Positions 8,802 to 19,979 are shown, counted from the first letter of the stretch. The stretch is 64,000 nucleotides of DNA from Minisyncoccota bacterium (GCA_041666225.1 JBAYHJ010000001.1:1881-65880); one strand, 5' to 3'. Notes: generated from the sequence alone by a model not told the origin. Made by a program: numbers and translations.

Positions 8802-9128
8802 TTATGCGAATGTTATCTTATCTCCTTTTTTCAAATGTACGACCGCTTTTTTTCCACCTTGTTTTACACTTACAATTCCACGACGTGTAACTGTCTTTTT
8901 TGCAATTGTCGTAACTGAAATACGCTCTGGTGTTACTCCGTAAACAAATTTAATGGCTTTTTTAAGTTCATTTTTGTTTGCAGTTTGAGCAACATTAAAA
9001 GTATAAACACCGCGTTCAGCATCAATTGCAGATTTCTCAGTAATACGAGGACCTTTTATAAGTATATGTGTCTTTTCTTTACTTTCTACAACTTCTTTTG
9101 TATTCTTTTTTGTTTTTGTAGTTGCCAT
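8802..9128 (-). CDS. rplW: 50S ribosomal protein L23
   Basis: PRITEKS, YTFNV, KKAVVHL; operon order. Confidence 0.95.
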   Translation of the reverse strand: MATTKTKKNTKEVVESKEKTHILIKGPRITEKSAIDAERGVYTFNVAQTANKNELKKAIKFVYGVTPERISVTTIAKKTVTRRGIVSVKQGGKKAVVHLKKGDKITFA

Positions 9129-9129
9129 A

Positions 9130-9873
9130 TTATTTCTTTTCTATTTTACCACCCAAAAAAGCAATACTTTCTTTTGGCTGTGTAATAATAATATATCTGA
9201 AGGCAAGTAAATCAACAGGATTTATATTTCTGATTTCATCAATCTCTGCTGTTTTAATATTTGCAAAACTTTTCTTTAATGAATCACTTTTTGCTGGTAC
9301 AGTTATGTATAGGTTCGTCTTCTTTCCTCCTGTAATTTTCTCAAAACCTTTTACACCACTTAAATCCTTCACAATAGCGATAGCATCTTTTGTCTTGATA
9401 TTTTTAAGAGCAAACTCTTCCACAAAAAGGATTTGACCTTTCCGCAACTTTTCAGATAGTACTGTAAAGAGTGCCTTGATTTTCATTTTCTTATTTATTT
9501 TTTGTTCGTAAGATTTTTCATTACGAGGTCCGTGAGTTACTCCTCCACCTTTCCAAATAGGAGAGCGGCTTGACCCATGACGGGCTCGTCCTGTTCCTTT
9601 TTGTTTCCAAGGTTTTCTGCCTCCTCCACGAACATCTGAGCGATCCTTAGTATGAGCAACTGGGGTACGAGCATTTGCTTGCATCGCAGTTACGACTTGG
9701 TGAACTAAGTCACCATTCCAAGGTAAACCAAATATTGTTTCTGGTAGTTCAAGTTTTCCAACAGATTTACCTTTTTGATTGTAAACTTCTGTTTCCATAA
9801 CAGCATCACTAACAACTTTAGTTTTCTTTACCGCGGTAGTTTTATTACTTTTTGTAGTTTCTTTTGTAGTCAT
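9130..9873 (-). CDS. rplD: 50S ribosomal protein L4
   Basis: RGGGRKPWKQKGTGRARHGS. Confidence 0.97.
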   Translation of the reverse strand: MTTKETTKSNKTTAVKKTKVVSDAVMETEVYNQKGKSVGKLELPETIFGLPWNGDLVHQVVTAMQANARTPVAHTKDRSDVRGGGRKPWKQKGTGRARHGSSRSPIWKGGGVTHGPRNEKSYEQKINKKMKIKALFTVLSEKLRKGQILFVEEFALKNIKTKDAIAIVKDLSGVKGFEKITGGKKTNLYITVPAKSDSLKKSFANIKTAEIDEIRNINPVDLLAFRYIIITQPKESIAFLGGKIEKK

Positions 9874-9877
9874 AAAA

Positions 9878-10498
9878 TTAGCCAATAATTTCTACGAGCG
9901 TTCCGCGGCGTCCTGGAATCGCACCTTTAATAAGTAATTGATTGTTTTCTGTATCAACTCCGATAATTTCTAGATTTTTGATTGTGATACGATCACCTCC
10001 CATACGACCTCCCATGCGCATTCCCTTTGGAACTTTATTTCGAAGACCTCCTCCGATAGAACCTGGTTCACGTTCTGAGTGTTTTTGTCCGTGTGATCTT
10101 GGTCCTCCGTGAAATCCATGGCGTTTAACAACACCCTGGAATCCTTTACTCTTTGAAATTCCAGAAACAATAACAACGTCACCTTTTGCGAAAGCGCTGA
10201 CAGTTATTTTGTCTCCTTCTTTTATATCTTCAATATCACGAAACTCTCGTAAATGCTTAAATGCACCACCTTCCTTTTCTGTCTGAGATGCTAAAACATG
10301 TCCAAGATGTGCCTTTGTAGCACGACTTGTTTTTTGTTCTTCGAACGCTACTTGTACTGCTGTATAACCATCTACGTCTGGACTCTTAACTTGAGTCACA
10401 ACAAGAGGGCCAGCGGAAATTACCGTTGCTGGAACTGCGGTGCCATCATCTTGAAAGCACTGCATCATATGCTGTTTTTTTCCTAAAATAAATTTCAT
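9878..10498 (-). CDS. rplC: 50S ribosomal protein L3
   Basis: KGFQGVVKRHGF, PGSIG, KGAIPG. Confidence 0.98.
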   Translation of the reverse strand: MKFILGKKQHMMQCFQDDGTAVPATVISAGPLVVTQVKSPDVDGYTAVQVAFEEQKTSRATKAHLGHVLASQTEKEGGAFKHLREFRDIEDIKEGDKITVSAFAKGDVVIVSGISKSKGFQGVVKRHGFHGGPRSHGQKHSEREPGSIGGGLRNKVPKGMRMGGRMGGDRITIKNLEIIGVDTENNQLLIKGAIPGRRGTLVEIIG

Positions 10499-10502
10499 AT
10501 AA

Positions 10503-10856
10503 TTACATCATTTTCACATCTATATCAACACCAGATGGTAGTGATAGGTTTGTGAGTGCCTCAATAGTCTTCGCATTTGGATTGAGAATATCGATGACAC
10601 GCTTATGGATTCTTATTTCAAACTGTTCTCGAGCATTTTTAAATACAAACGATGCTCTGTTGACTGTGTATTTTTTAATTTCGGTAGGAAGTGGAATTGG
10701 TCCTACAATCTTTGCATCATAACGCAGAGCAGTATCAATAATCTGCTTGACTGAAGTGTCAAGAATTTTATTCTCATAGGCTCGTACGCGGATACGAAGT
10801 TGTACAACTACATCTTCTTTTCCCTTTTTTGGTTTTAGAACTTTCTTTGTTGTCAT
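10503..10856 (-). CDS. rpsJ: 30S ribosomal protein S10
   Basis: GPIPLPT, REQFEIRIHKR. Confidence 0.98.
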   Translation of the reverse strand: MTTKKVLKPKKGKEDVVVQLRIRVRAYENKILDTSVKQIIDTALRYDAKIVGPIPLPTEIKKYTVNRASFVFKNAREQFEIRIHKRVIDILNPNAKTIEALTNLSLPSGVDIDVKMM

Positions 10857-10951
10857 GGTACTTAGTTATAAAGTTTGTAAAGTTGAAAGTTTGTAAAGCA
10901 AATGCATTTTTAATCTACTTTATAACTTTATGAACTTTATGAACTTTCTAC

Positions 10952-12154
10952 TTACTTAATGATCTTAGTAACAACTCCTGCTCCGACAGTTTTACCTCCT
11001 TCACGGATAGCAAAGTGCATAGTTTCTTCTAGGGCTACAGGTGTTACTAGTTTAACCGAGAGTTTAACTGTATCTCCTGGCATAACCATTTCTACACCGC
11101 TCGGAAGTGTTGATTCTCCTGTTACGTCTGTTGTACGGATATAGAATTGAGGTTTGTATCCAGTAAAGAATGGAGTGTGACGTCCTCCTTCTTCTTTTTT
11201 CAAAATGTAAACTTCACATTCGAATTCAGAGTGAGGAGTAACTGTTCCTGGTTTAACAAGAACTTGACCACGAGTAACGTCTTCTTTTTTAATTCCACGA
11301 ATAAGAATACCGGCGTTGTCTCCTGCCATACCTTGTTTTAGGTTTTTATTAAACATTTCAATACCAGTAACTGTTGTCTTTGCAGTATCTTTAATACCAA
11401 CAATTTCAACATCTTCACCGACGTTGATAACTCCACGTTCGATTTTACCAGTCACAACTGTTCCACGTCCTTCGATTGAGAAAATATCTTCAATAGGCAT
11501 TAGGAATGGTTTTGTAACATCACGTTCTGGAACTGGAATATAAGTATCAAGAGCATTTACAAGATCCATGATCTTTACAGCCCAAGCATCTGTATTGTCA
11601 GCTGATTCAAGAGCTTTCAAAGCTGAACCACGAATAACTGGAGCGTTTGCACCATCAAAACCTTGTTTTGTAAGAAGTTCACGAACTTCTTCTTCGACTA
11701 GATCAAGCATGTCTGGATCATCAACCATGTCGCATTTATTTAGAAATACGATTATTTTTGGAACGTTAACTTGTTTAGCAAGGAGGATATGCTCACGAGT
11801 TTGTGGCATAACTCCGTCTGTCGCAGCGACAACGATAACTGCACCGTCCATTTGAGCGGCACCTGTAATCATGTTTTTAATATAGTCAGCGTGTCCTGGC
11901 GCATCAATGTGTGCGTAGTGACGTGCTGGTGTCCAATATTCATTGTGAGAAAGGGCAATCGTGATACCACGAGCTTTTTCTTCTGGGGCTGAGTCAATTT
12001 GATCAACTCCTTTTATTTTAGCACCATATTCACCACCTTGGCGTGCTAAAACTTGTAAAATAGCCGCAGTCAATGTAGTTTTGCCGTGATCGACGTGACC
12101 AATGGTACCTACATTAACGTGAGGCTTGTCTCTTTTAAATTCTTCTGCTGCCAT
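10952..12154 (-). CDS. tuf: elongation factor Tu
   Basis: [28 protein letters not shown]. Confidence 0.99.
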   Translation of the reverse strand: MAAEEFKRDKPHVNVGTIGHVDHGKTTLTAAILQVLARQGGEYGAKIKGVDQIDSAPEEKARGITIALSHNEYWTPARHYAHIDAPGHADYIKNMITGAAQMDGAVIVVAATDGVMPQTREHILLAKQVNVPKIIVFLNKCDMVDDPDMLDLVEEEVRELLTKQGFDGANAPVIRGSALKALESADNTDAWAVKIMDLVNALDTYIPVPERDVTKPFLMPIEDIFSIEGRGTVVTGKIERGVINVGEDVEIVGIKDTAKTTVTGIEMFNKNLKQGMAGDNAGILIRGIKKEDVTRGQVLVKPGTVTPHSEFECEVYILKKEEGGRHTPFFTGYKPQFYIRTTDVTGESTLPSGVEMVMPGDTVKLSVKLVTPVALEETMHFAIREGGKTVGAGVVTKIIK

Positions 12155-12473
12155 ATATTTTTATTGGTTGATAATTTCCAATTTAATTCTTAATTACTAA
12201 TTCGTAATTCTTAATTAATTAAAAGCTACCAACATAAATTATTAATAAATGTACCTCGCCTGTGGCAAGATAACGCAAAAATTGCGATTGACCTACATAG
12301 TAGCAGATTTAAAAATAAATGCAAATAAAGTTAGAACTTCTACTGACCTCCAAAAATAAACCATATAAAATATAGCCATTCTGGCTGACTCCGAACTTGA
12401 GACAATGTTCAAATGAGGATAACTGAGGTAAAAGAATAGGGCCGACTAAAAATGATTAGTCGGCCCTTTATAT

Positions 12474-13196
12474 TTATAATTCAAGGACAAGTAATCCTTT
12501 CTTAATCAAAAGTTCAATAACATCTTTCCTCCAGTTATATTTATATATAAATTCGGGAATAGTCATAAGCTCTCTTTCAAGAGCATCTTCTTTGGGAATA
12601 AATTCTGCCAATTTACACTCTTTCGAAGCATAAAACAACATAATTTTTTCTTTACCCTCAAATTGAACTGTTGCAAATGGAATAGCCTCACCAATTGTAA
12701 TTCCTGCTTCTTCGTCTGCTTCTCTTCTAAGAGAATCCATTAAATTTAAATCAATAGATCCAACATGTCCACCAGGGATATCCCAACCCCGTTCATTCCT
12801 TGCTGCTACTATTTTATTATCAACAAAACCAATAAGAAATACAGCGCTTACATTTTTTATATCTGGCAATAATTCCGTATTAATAAAACGAATTTTAATA
12901 TTCTCAATTGAAAACTCATTTACTTCTTTTATCACAGCTTCATTACCATTTGAAATCATATGTACGATGATACCATTTTTAAGACCAGAAGTTAATTCTT
13001 CATTTATATGAATGACGAATTCAATTCTATCATCCTCATAAACTGAGTATTGCAAATGATCATGTGAGCGTTTATTCGGATGCGTAATGATAAGACCAAT
13101 CTTCTTATTCATTTTTAGTGACAAGGAACTTAGAAATGTAAATAATGATTCCCCCAATTCATGTTTAACAACAAAAATACGAATATACTCATTCAT
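12474..13196 (-). CDS. NUDIX hydrolase domain protein (likely start MNEYIRIF)
   Basis: GWDIPGGH...LRREADEEAG Nudix box. Confidence 0.8.
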   Translation of the reverse strand: MNEYIRIFVVKHELGESLFTFLSSLSLKMNKKIGLIITHPNKRSHDHLQYSVYEDDRIEFVIHINEELTSGLKNGIIVHMISNGNEAVIKEVNEFSIENIKIRFINTELLPDIKNVSAVFLIGFVDNKIVAARNERGWDIPGGHVGSIDLNLMDSLRREADEEAGITIGEAIPFATVQFEGKEKIMLFYASKECKLAEFIPKEDALERELMTIPEFIYKYNWRKDVIELLIKKGLLVLEL

Positions 13197-13348
13197 GTAT
13201 CCTTCTTGAAAGTCTAAAGTGTATTTTTCTTTCACATTATATTTTTCAATTTGTAAAGTCAATAGATTAGTAAGCACAAAATCCCCCTAACGGGGGATTT
13301 TGTGCATACTACCTACTTACTACTTACTACCTGCTACTTATTATTATT

Positions 13349-16300
13349 TTAATTCTCCTTTATAACTGGAATTATAACTTTAACCGTTGCAACACTGGAG
13401 GGCGAACTTGTCCCATTTGTACAAGTCAAAGTATAAGTCTTCGTCGAAGTTGGAGTTACTTTCACTCCTGGATTCATATTCTGTGCAGCTCCCTGGGTAT
13501 CAAAATCAGGACTAGAACACGAAGTTGCATTGTCTGCTGACCAAGTAAGAGTAGAGGATCGGCCCTTCAATACTTTATCTGGTGTTGCAATAAATGTTAT
13601 CACAATAGGTTGAATTTTAGCTTCTGAACAACTTGCATTAGTTCCTCCTCCACTTCCTTCACATGTCCAAAGATGAAAAGCTGGACTATCTGGATTATCT
13701 ACCATAGTTCCTTTACTACAGAGATTGTGAACCACTCCACAAATTCCATCTACTGCTATTGGCTCACAAGAATTACCATCCCAACTTGTTCCTATTGTAC
13801 ATGTTGCTTGTACGATAAGACCTTTTCCATTTGGAGATTCTGCTGTTGGAACAAGTGATTTAGCATTATTGTAAAGATAAAATATTTTAGCAGAAGGAGA
13901 TGTGAAAGTATAAGTCTTAGTCCCTGAATAATCATTACCAATAGTTGGGGTACTTAGATTTATAGGGCTCATATCATTAGCAGTTATCTGAGAAGGAATT
14001 GCTTCGGTATTGTCTATCGTCCAAGCTAGAGTTGTATTACAACTATTTCCTCCAGATAGAATCGTACAATTAGGGCCAGTAAGAGTTCCCCGAAGTGCAT
14101 CCGCTGCAATTACTTTCACTTGAGACCAAGAACCACTACAGTTATTACTTTCATTTGATTCAGCAATAGCTCCAGTATCTCCCGCCGAATTCTTATCTGC
14201 ACAAGCTCGTATATAATAATTTCCTACAACAGGGAATGTGATATTCACCGAAGAGATAGCTGACGCCCCAATCCCAAGAGCTGGCATTGCTCCATCTGGA
14301 TAATCTTTTAAATCTATCGGCCCAGTTTGAAGCACTGGATCCGCAAAACCTGTCGCCGTCTGAAATAGATTTTCAAACTTCAAAATAGTGGAGGCAGTTC
14401 CTTGGTTCGTAATAGTTGACTTATAAACTGTTGATACTCCCGCAACAGCACTTGCTGGACTTGGATTTGAGGCCACAAGATCAGCAGAAATAACAGCCGA
14501 GGCCACGCAAACACTCTCATCCCATTTCGATGTCGCCGTATCACAATCCGCCATTGCTACGGCCTGATCCAAGAGAGTAGAATTATATAAATAGAAATCT
14601 CTACTTCCATAATCGACAGACCATTTCTTTGTCCCATTATTGGCTGTCGCTACTACGACGTTCTTTGGAGTTGTAACTTGCGAGGTAACTCCAGCATTGG
14701 GATTTGTGGTACTCCATGTCAAATCTGTCATACAGCTACTTGCCCCGATTGGAATTACACAATTAGTTGCTGTCAATGTCCCCTTCGCTTGTTTTGCACA
14801 AGTTGTTCCATTCCAGACATCACCTGTAAATGCCGAACACATTGCTCTCGCATTCTTACTAGAAAGCACTACATTATTGTGACTTAGATCAAATTTCCTT
14901 ACTCCATAAGCCATTGAATAAGAAAATGGTAGTGAACTATTGTTACCTGTTGCTACTATAATATTTGTTGGAGTTATAATTTTTGAAGTGACTCCAGCCT
15001 TAGGATTCGAAGTACTCCAAGTCAATTTTGTAGCACAAGTACCTGCTCCTGTCGGAATTATACAATTTGTAACATTTAGTACCCCTGTAGGATTTGTTGT
15101 CGCTTCACATTTTTTACTTAAAGTATTATAAACTGTTCCAGATGTACAATCCGCCGTAGCAGTAACTGAACCAAGCGGAGCATTGGCATGATAAAGGAAA
15201 AATTCACGGGTACCAAAAGCGACAGGGTAAGGCACTCCCGTATTATTTGTATTCCCTGTTCCAACTGTTATATTCGTCGGTGTTGTAACCGCAGAAATAA
15301 ACGAGGGCTTTGGATTGTATGTCTCCCATTTTACATTTGTATTACAACTTCCTGCCCCAAGGGCAATCAAGCAATCAGGAGCTGTTATCACCCCCGTTGG
15401 AGGAATAGGAGCCGTAGTGGCTTCGCATTTATTGGTTACGATACTCCACTCAGAATCACTGGCACAAACTGTATTGATGGTTATTGTATCAAGTTCATTG
15501 GGGGCAGTTTTACGAATATTCATAGTATTTCCTTCATCGTCAACTGTATTTTCAGCTTTATATATTGCTCCGTATGAGGAATGATAAATATTTGTAATGC
15601 CAGAGCCAGTGTTGGTGGGGCTAAAAACAGCGAGACCATCCCTTGTAATTTTTGTATAAAGATTTGAAGGATAAACCGATGAATAAGGACTCGTCGTACC
15701 CCAGTTAAGCGTTACCCCAGGGCAACTACTTCCACCTATGGGGATAGTACAACTCATTGTTGTTGTGCCTGTACAATTAGTGCAAGCCAAATCCCCCGAC
15801 TGAGCACTTACGGGAACAATGACACTTTTCAACGACGGTGAAGATGAGTTCGTACAATCAAGCTGAAAATTATTTGTTGCAAGTTGTAGATTTGAAACTG
15901 TTTTATTTTGAATAAACGTACTATCGTAAAAAGTTCCATAATTATTCGTCACTGGATTTGAGTCACTAGTGTTTATTAAATCACAACTTCCAGTAATATT
16001 TTTAACATTGACTTTTAAATACGCCGTTCCAATAGGATCTGGAACTCCTTTTTTAACCACATTTTTAATTTGTGTTTGATCCAAATCAAGAGTAGCCACA
16101 GGTTCATCTGGTGGTGGAACTGCTGGTTGAATAACAATACTTACATCTTTAATAACTGAAATATTTCCAGGATCAACTCCTTCAGCGAAAATTTTAGGAA
16201 TGATATTTGAAAAGAAATTCTTTACTTTTTCAATGATAGCTACTTTAGGAATATCATTTTTAGTATTGCTATAGATAGCATCAGCAGGTGAGAAGGCCAT

Positions 16301-17335
16301 ATTCCCGCTTGCCCCTGGTCCATTACAATCACCCGAGGCAGGGTTATTAAACGCACCACCTACTCCACAAGTTATCGAATAATGTGTGGTAATATTTGAA
16401 CTCCCTGTATTAGTTAACGCTCCTGTGTAATATCGTCCCGAAGTTGGGCAACTAAGACCCCCGCTATCCGTAACACCTCCGACAGAGTCAATCTTTACGA
16501 TATTACAAGATTTCGAACCTAACGCACTATAGTTAATAAACGAACCATCGTTAGAATAAACAGGCGATAAGGTATTGGCTGTAATTGACGGGGGAACTAC
16601 ATTAACTATTACTTCTGCCGTCACAACTTGTCCACCAGCACCATTATTACATTCGTAAGAAAAGACTGTTGATTGCAATAAGCCTGTAGTAGTAATGGAA
16701 CCAGAAGTAGGGTCGGGTAGTGGTGCAGAAGCATCAAGCCACCAACAAGATATCCCTGTAGTTGGATAATTCTGCCAATGAATTACTGAAGACCCACCAT
16801 AATATACAGAACTCGGAGTGGCCCACATATTCAAAACAATAGTTGCTGGGTTATATACCGAAAAGTCATAAGTGCGATTTTCTATTTTATCACCAAAAGC
16901 TTTCGCTTCAATCTTTATACGATAATTCCCCAATAGTGGAGCTAAATTAAAAGATGTATTACCAGATACTGTGTCGTGAGTAGTAAAAACAAGATTTGAA
17001 GGACTAATTATATACTGAGAAGGTACCACGATGGTTTCGGCTCCACCAGTACCAACAGAATACAGAGTGGCTTTCATAGACACCGTAGTATTACCAAGAC
17101 TAAATATTCTATTATCAGTTTCCATCTGCCCGGCAATCATAAGAGCCCCAGTGGAAGGGTAATTCGTAATATCTGGAATAGTTTCTTTAACACTGACAAA
17201 CCTTATTGTTGTCCAGTTTTCAAAAATATCAAAAGTATTTTCGTAGGCAAAAGCTCTTTGGCTAAAACCTACAAAAGAAATGATTGTTACAATTAAAACT
17301 AAAACTCCGACAAAAGATTTTTTAAATAATTTCAT
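13349..17335 (-). CDS. large secreted surface protein with repeated Cys-containing beta-rich modules and a CARDB-like domain
   Basis: signal peptide; repeats of CxIxxGxxxCxTxLxW; RACAD...IAESNESNNC; LTWS..NATSC C-terminus. Confidence 0.8.
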   Translation of the reverse strand: MKLFKKSFVGVLVLIVTIISFVGFSQRAFAYENTFDIFENWTTIRFVSVKETIPDITNYPSTGALMIAGQMETDNRIFSLGNTTVSMKATLYSVGTGGAETIVVPSQYIISPSNLVFTTHDTVSGNTSFNLAPLLGNYRIKIEAKAFGDKIENRTYDFSVYNPATIVLNMWATPSSVYYGGSSVIHWQNYPTTGISCWWLDASAPLPDPTSGSITTTGLLQSTVFSYECNNGAGGQVVTAEVIVNVVPPSITANTLSPVYSNDGSFINYSALGSKSCNIVKIDSVGGVTDSGGLSCPTSGRYYTGALTNTGSSNITTHYSITCGVGGAFNNPASGDCNGPGASGNMAFSPADAIYSNTKNDIPKVAIIEKVKNFFSNIIPKIFAEGVDPGNISVIKDVSIVIQPAVPPPDEPVATLDLDQTQIKNVVKKGVPDPIGTAYLKVNVKNITGSCDLINTSDSNPVTNNYGTFYDSTFIQNKTVSNLQLATNNFQLDCTNSSSPSLKSVIVPVSAQSGDLACTNCTGTTTMSCTIPIGGSSCPGVTLNWGTTSPYSSVYPSNLYTKITRDGLAVFSPTNTGSGITNIYHSSYGAIYKAENTVDDEGNTMNIRKTAPNELDTITINTVCASDSEWSIVTNKCEATTAPIPPTGVITAPDCLIALGAGSCNTNVKWETYNPKPSFISAVTTPTNITVGTGNTNNTGVPYPVAFGTREFFLYHANAPLGSVTATADCTSGTVYNTLSKKCEATTNPTGVLNVTNCIIPTGAGTCATKLTWSTSNPKAGVTSKIITPTNIIVATGNNSSLPFSYSMAYGVRKFDLSHNNVVLSSKNARAMCSAFTGDVWNGTTCAKQAKGTLTATNCVIPIGASSCMTDLTWSTTNPNAGVTSQVTTPKNVVVATANNGTKKWSVDYGSRDFYLYNSTLLDQAVAMADCDTATSKWDESVCVASAVISADLVASNPSPASAVAGVSTVYKSTITNQGTASTILKFENLFQTATGFADPVLQTGPIDLKDYPDGAMPALGIGASAISSVNITFPVVGNYYIRACADKNSAGDTGAIAESNESNNCSGSWSQVKVIAADALRGTLTGPNCTILSGGNSCNTTLAWTIDNTEAIPSQITANDMSPINLSTPTIGNDYSGTKTYTFTSPSAKIFYLYNNAKSLVPTAESPNGKGLIVQATCTIGTSWDGNSCEPIAVDGICGVVHNLCSKGTMVDNPDSPAFHLWTCEGSGGGTNASCSEAKIQPIVITFIATPDKVLKGRSSTLTWSADNATSCSSPDFDTQGAAQNMNPGVKVTPTSTKTYTLTCTNGTSSPSSVATVKVIIPVIKEN

Positions 17336-17588
17336 AATAATAAAAAGTTAATAATAATGTTTTTGATTCGTAATTCTTTAAATATTATATCACACAATAT
17401 ATATAAAAAAGATACTTTATCCCCACACTCACTTTACTATATTGTTATTACCCCTTTTTGAAGTAGCGAGGTATTTCTTCCGGAAGAAGTAATTCCTCGC
17501 TACAACAATAATTCCCCAGAAAATTTCAACAATAAAAAAGACTGCTTCAAAAAGAAGCAGTCGATTTCATTTTAATCCAAATAAATGG

Positions 17589-18554
17589 TTATTTCGTTTG
17601 AAGACGTACAAAAGTTTCCCTAGTAGCATCTTGTTGACCACCTGGGTGGTAAACCCAAACCAAAGTATCTTGAGTAATGATGATGTCGAAATTATTATAC
17701 TCATCAACCGTCAATATAGATCCCCGTAAAGTCCATGGACCTTCTTGAGTTCGATCCTCAGTTCCACAACGAATTTCTCCGTTGTCATATACCACTTTTT
17801 TGGGTGAAAAATAAAATGTCCTTAAATCATCTTTCCTGCAATCACTTATAGTTCCTTCATACCAAGGTAATCCGGGTCCATCCTGAAATTCCAACTTAAC
17901 CATTTTCCATGGTCCAGCACAGAGATATGCTTCATCCTGTGTTGGTGGAATTTGTTGTGCTACCACAACAGTGATACTTTCAGTGACTTCACCTCCAGGA
18001 CCTATAACTTTGAAGTCATAAGTCTTAGTTTCGGTAACGGTAAAATTAAACGTTACCGGTGAATTTTCATATTTTATACCATTGAGCTCAAGAGCCCCAT
18101 TGGTAAAAATACAATTTATCACAACTGGTCCTCCAAAGTAAGGAAGGGTATCAATCACTTGGTCATTAAAAGTAAACGAGATGTTGATTGTGGGAGGAAG
18201 AGGATTCGCAGGCACGGTCACCGTCAAATACTTCTGGCTTTTTACACCAGAAGCGTTCTCAACGATAAAGGTAAGGAGTTTAGTCTCACCTTTTTTCATT
18301 GAAAAAATAGTATCTCCGTTTGGGGTTCTAAGATTGTCCCCATTAACAGTTCCTTTAACCACATTTTGCGTGATCCAGGATACCGTTACCGAAACGGTTA
18401 CGCTTTTTGAATCGGTCGTGCCGATAACAAAAGTCGGAGTAATTGTCGGTTTACCCACCGACACGGGTGTTTCTGGCTTATCTTTTTCACATCCTACAAG
18501 CAGCAGGGAGAGAAAAAGACCCAAAAATGCGAGCATTCTCATCATCTTTTTCAT
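17589..18554 (-). CDS. putative lipoprotein with C-terminal lipocalin-like domain
   Basis: LLVGC lipobox; GPWKMVKLE...GPWTL motifs. Confidence 0.65.
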   Translation of the reverse strand: MKKMMRMLAFLGLFLSLLLVGCEKDKPETPVSVGKPTITPTFVIGTTDSKSVTVSVTVSWITQNVVKGTVNGDNLRTPNGDTIFSMKKGETKLLTFIVENASGVKSQKYLTVTVPANPLPPTINISFTFNDQVIDTLPYFGGPVVINCIFTNGALELNGIKYENSPVTFNFTVTETKTYDFKVIGPGGEVTESITVVVAQQIPPTQDEAYLCAGPWKMVKLEFQDGPGLPWYEGTISDCRKDDLRTFYFSPKKVVYDNGEIRCGTEDRTQEGPWTLRGSILTVDEYNNFDIIITQDTLVWVYHPGGQQDATRETFVRLQTK

Positions 18555-18872
18555 GATTTATTTAGTGAATATTTGGATTATTTATTTTTGATAAGATTCG
18601 TTTAAGTTTCTCCCGACAAATTCCTCATCTCTGGAAGTCCGACTTTCTTAATTTTCTATAAACCAACTTAATCAATTTAATGAAGTCTGACTTCCTTAAA
18701 TTTTGAATAAATAGGCTTTTTATCAAGAAAAACTTAAACAAATCCAAACAATTATTATTTACCTAATTATCTAATTAATAAAGCTTCGTGTCAAGGATTT
18801 TCACTCCATTTATCCACTTTTTATCCCCAGTCCCAAATACCCCCAAAACCCATTAATCCCAAGCCTCCAAAT

Positions 18873-18895
18873 TGTTGGAAGTCGGACTTCCAACA
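18873..18895. repeat. REP-like palindrome family 2 (TGTTGGAAGTC-G/C-GACTTCCAACA)
   Basis: copies at 18873, 19532, 19775, 58656 and 61012; degenerate copies at about 18633 and 18682. Confidence 0.9.
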
Positions 18896-18900
18896 TTTTG

Positions 18901-18996
18901 TTAACTTCCAACTTAACTTCCAACTTAACTTCCAACTTAACTTCCAACTTAACTTCCAACTTAACTTCCAACTTAACTTCCAACTTAACTTCCAAC
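18901..18996. repeat. tandem repeat (TTAACTTCCAAC) x8
   Basis: eight exact 12-mers followed by one degenerate unit. Confidence 0.95.
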
Positions 18997-19024
18997 CTTT
19001 AACTTTCCATTTATTTATTCTTAT

Positions 19025-19747
19025 TTATTCTAATGTAGTCCCTGATAAATTATCAATATTAAACGATTCAATCCAGTCGGAAATTTGTTTATACTGTTTA
19101 TCTTCATCTCCAAATAATTCAATCAAAAAATCTTTTTTAATTATCGAGGGAAAATTTTTCTTTCCAATATAATCAAGCAAACTACTCCACCTATAATTCA
19201 AAAGGAATTCTAAAGCTTTTTCAGGGTCAGAAATCTTGCCGTTTCGCCATTCTTTAAATTCAAAGTCGAGTGGATTTAAATGAATATATATAGGGAGGTA
19301 CATAAAGTGTGCATCATTTTCTATGTGAATTGATTTAAATTTGCCCTGGAAAAGCGCTCCGTTTCTTTTGTACTTTTGATTAAAATAATTCGTATAACCA
19401 GTTCCAAGCTTTCTCATAAAATTCGTAATTCCATTTTCTTCTTTTTGTCTAATGAGCATATGAAAATGATTGTCCATCAAACAATAAGCCAAAATCTCCA
19501 CAATCGGCTCTTTCCTCTTGTTTTTTATAATTGTTGGAAGTCCGACTTCCAACAATTTGCTTTGACTTTGGTGACGAGAGATTAAATTATTAATATTAAT
19601 TGAAGGATTTTTATCATTAAATTCATACATATCATGAATAAATCTAAAATTATCTCTTTCATTAATAAAAATATTCCTTTTATCTACCCCTCTGTTGTAA
19701 ATATGATAAATCTCATTTGTGGCAAATTTTGATTTTCTAATTGACAT
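19025..19747 (-). mobile_element. REP-associated tyrosine (HUH/Y1) transposase, RAYT-2 (start MSIRKSKF)
   Basis: IYHIYNRG, YCLMDNHFHM, YFNQKYKRNGALFQGKFKS, YIHLNP, YRWSS. Confidence 0.92.
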
Positions 19748-19979
19748 ATAACTATTATAACAAATTAAATAAATTGTTGGAAGTCGGACTTCCAACAATT
19801 GACTTTTTGGGGTGATTATAATAACATTTGTGAGTAGTAAGTCCGTTCTCGAACCGGGCTTTTATTTTTAGAAAACCATGAAAATGGCTCCTGAAAAAAA
19901 TTTAATAGTTAGTAAAATTTAATAAAAACAATTTTTAATTTTAATAATTTATTTTAATTAATAATTCGTAATAATTCAT

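Noticed and set aside
368-11992. Plus-strand ORFs antisense to ribosomal protein genes and tuf
   Set aside because: Shadow frames of well-supported genes; the same applies to the other nested antisense ORFs in the track.
18810-18995. ORF MEVKLEVKLE...
   Set aside because: It is just the translation of the 12-bp tandem repeat and a REP palindrome; no other coding evidence.
18901-18996. Possible CRISPR array
   Set aside because: The 12-bp units are contiguous with no spacers.
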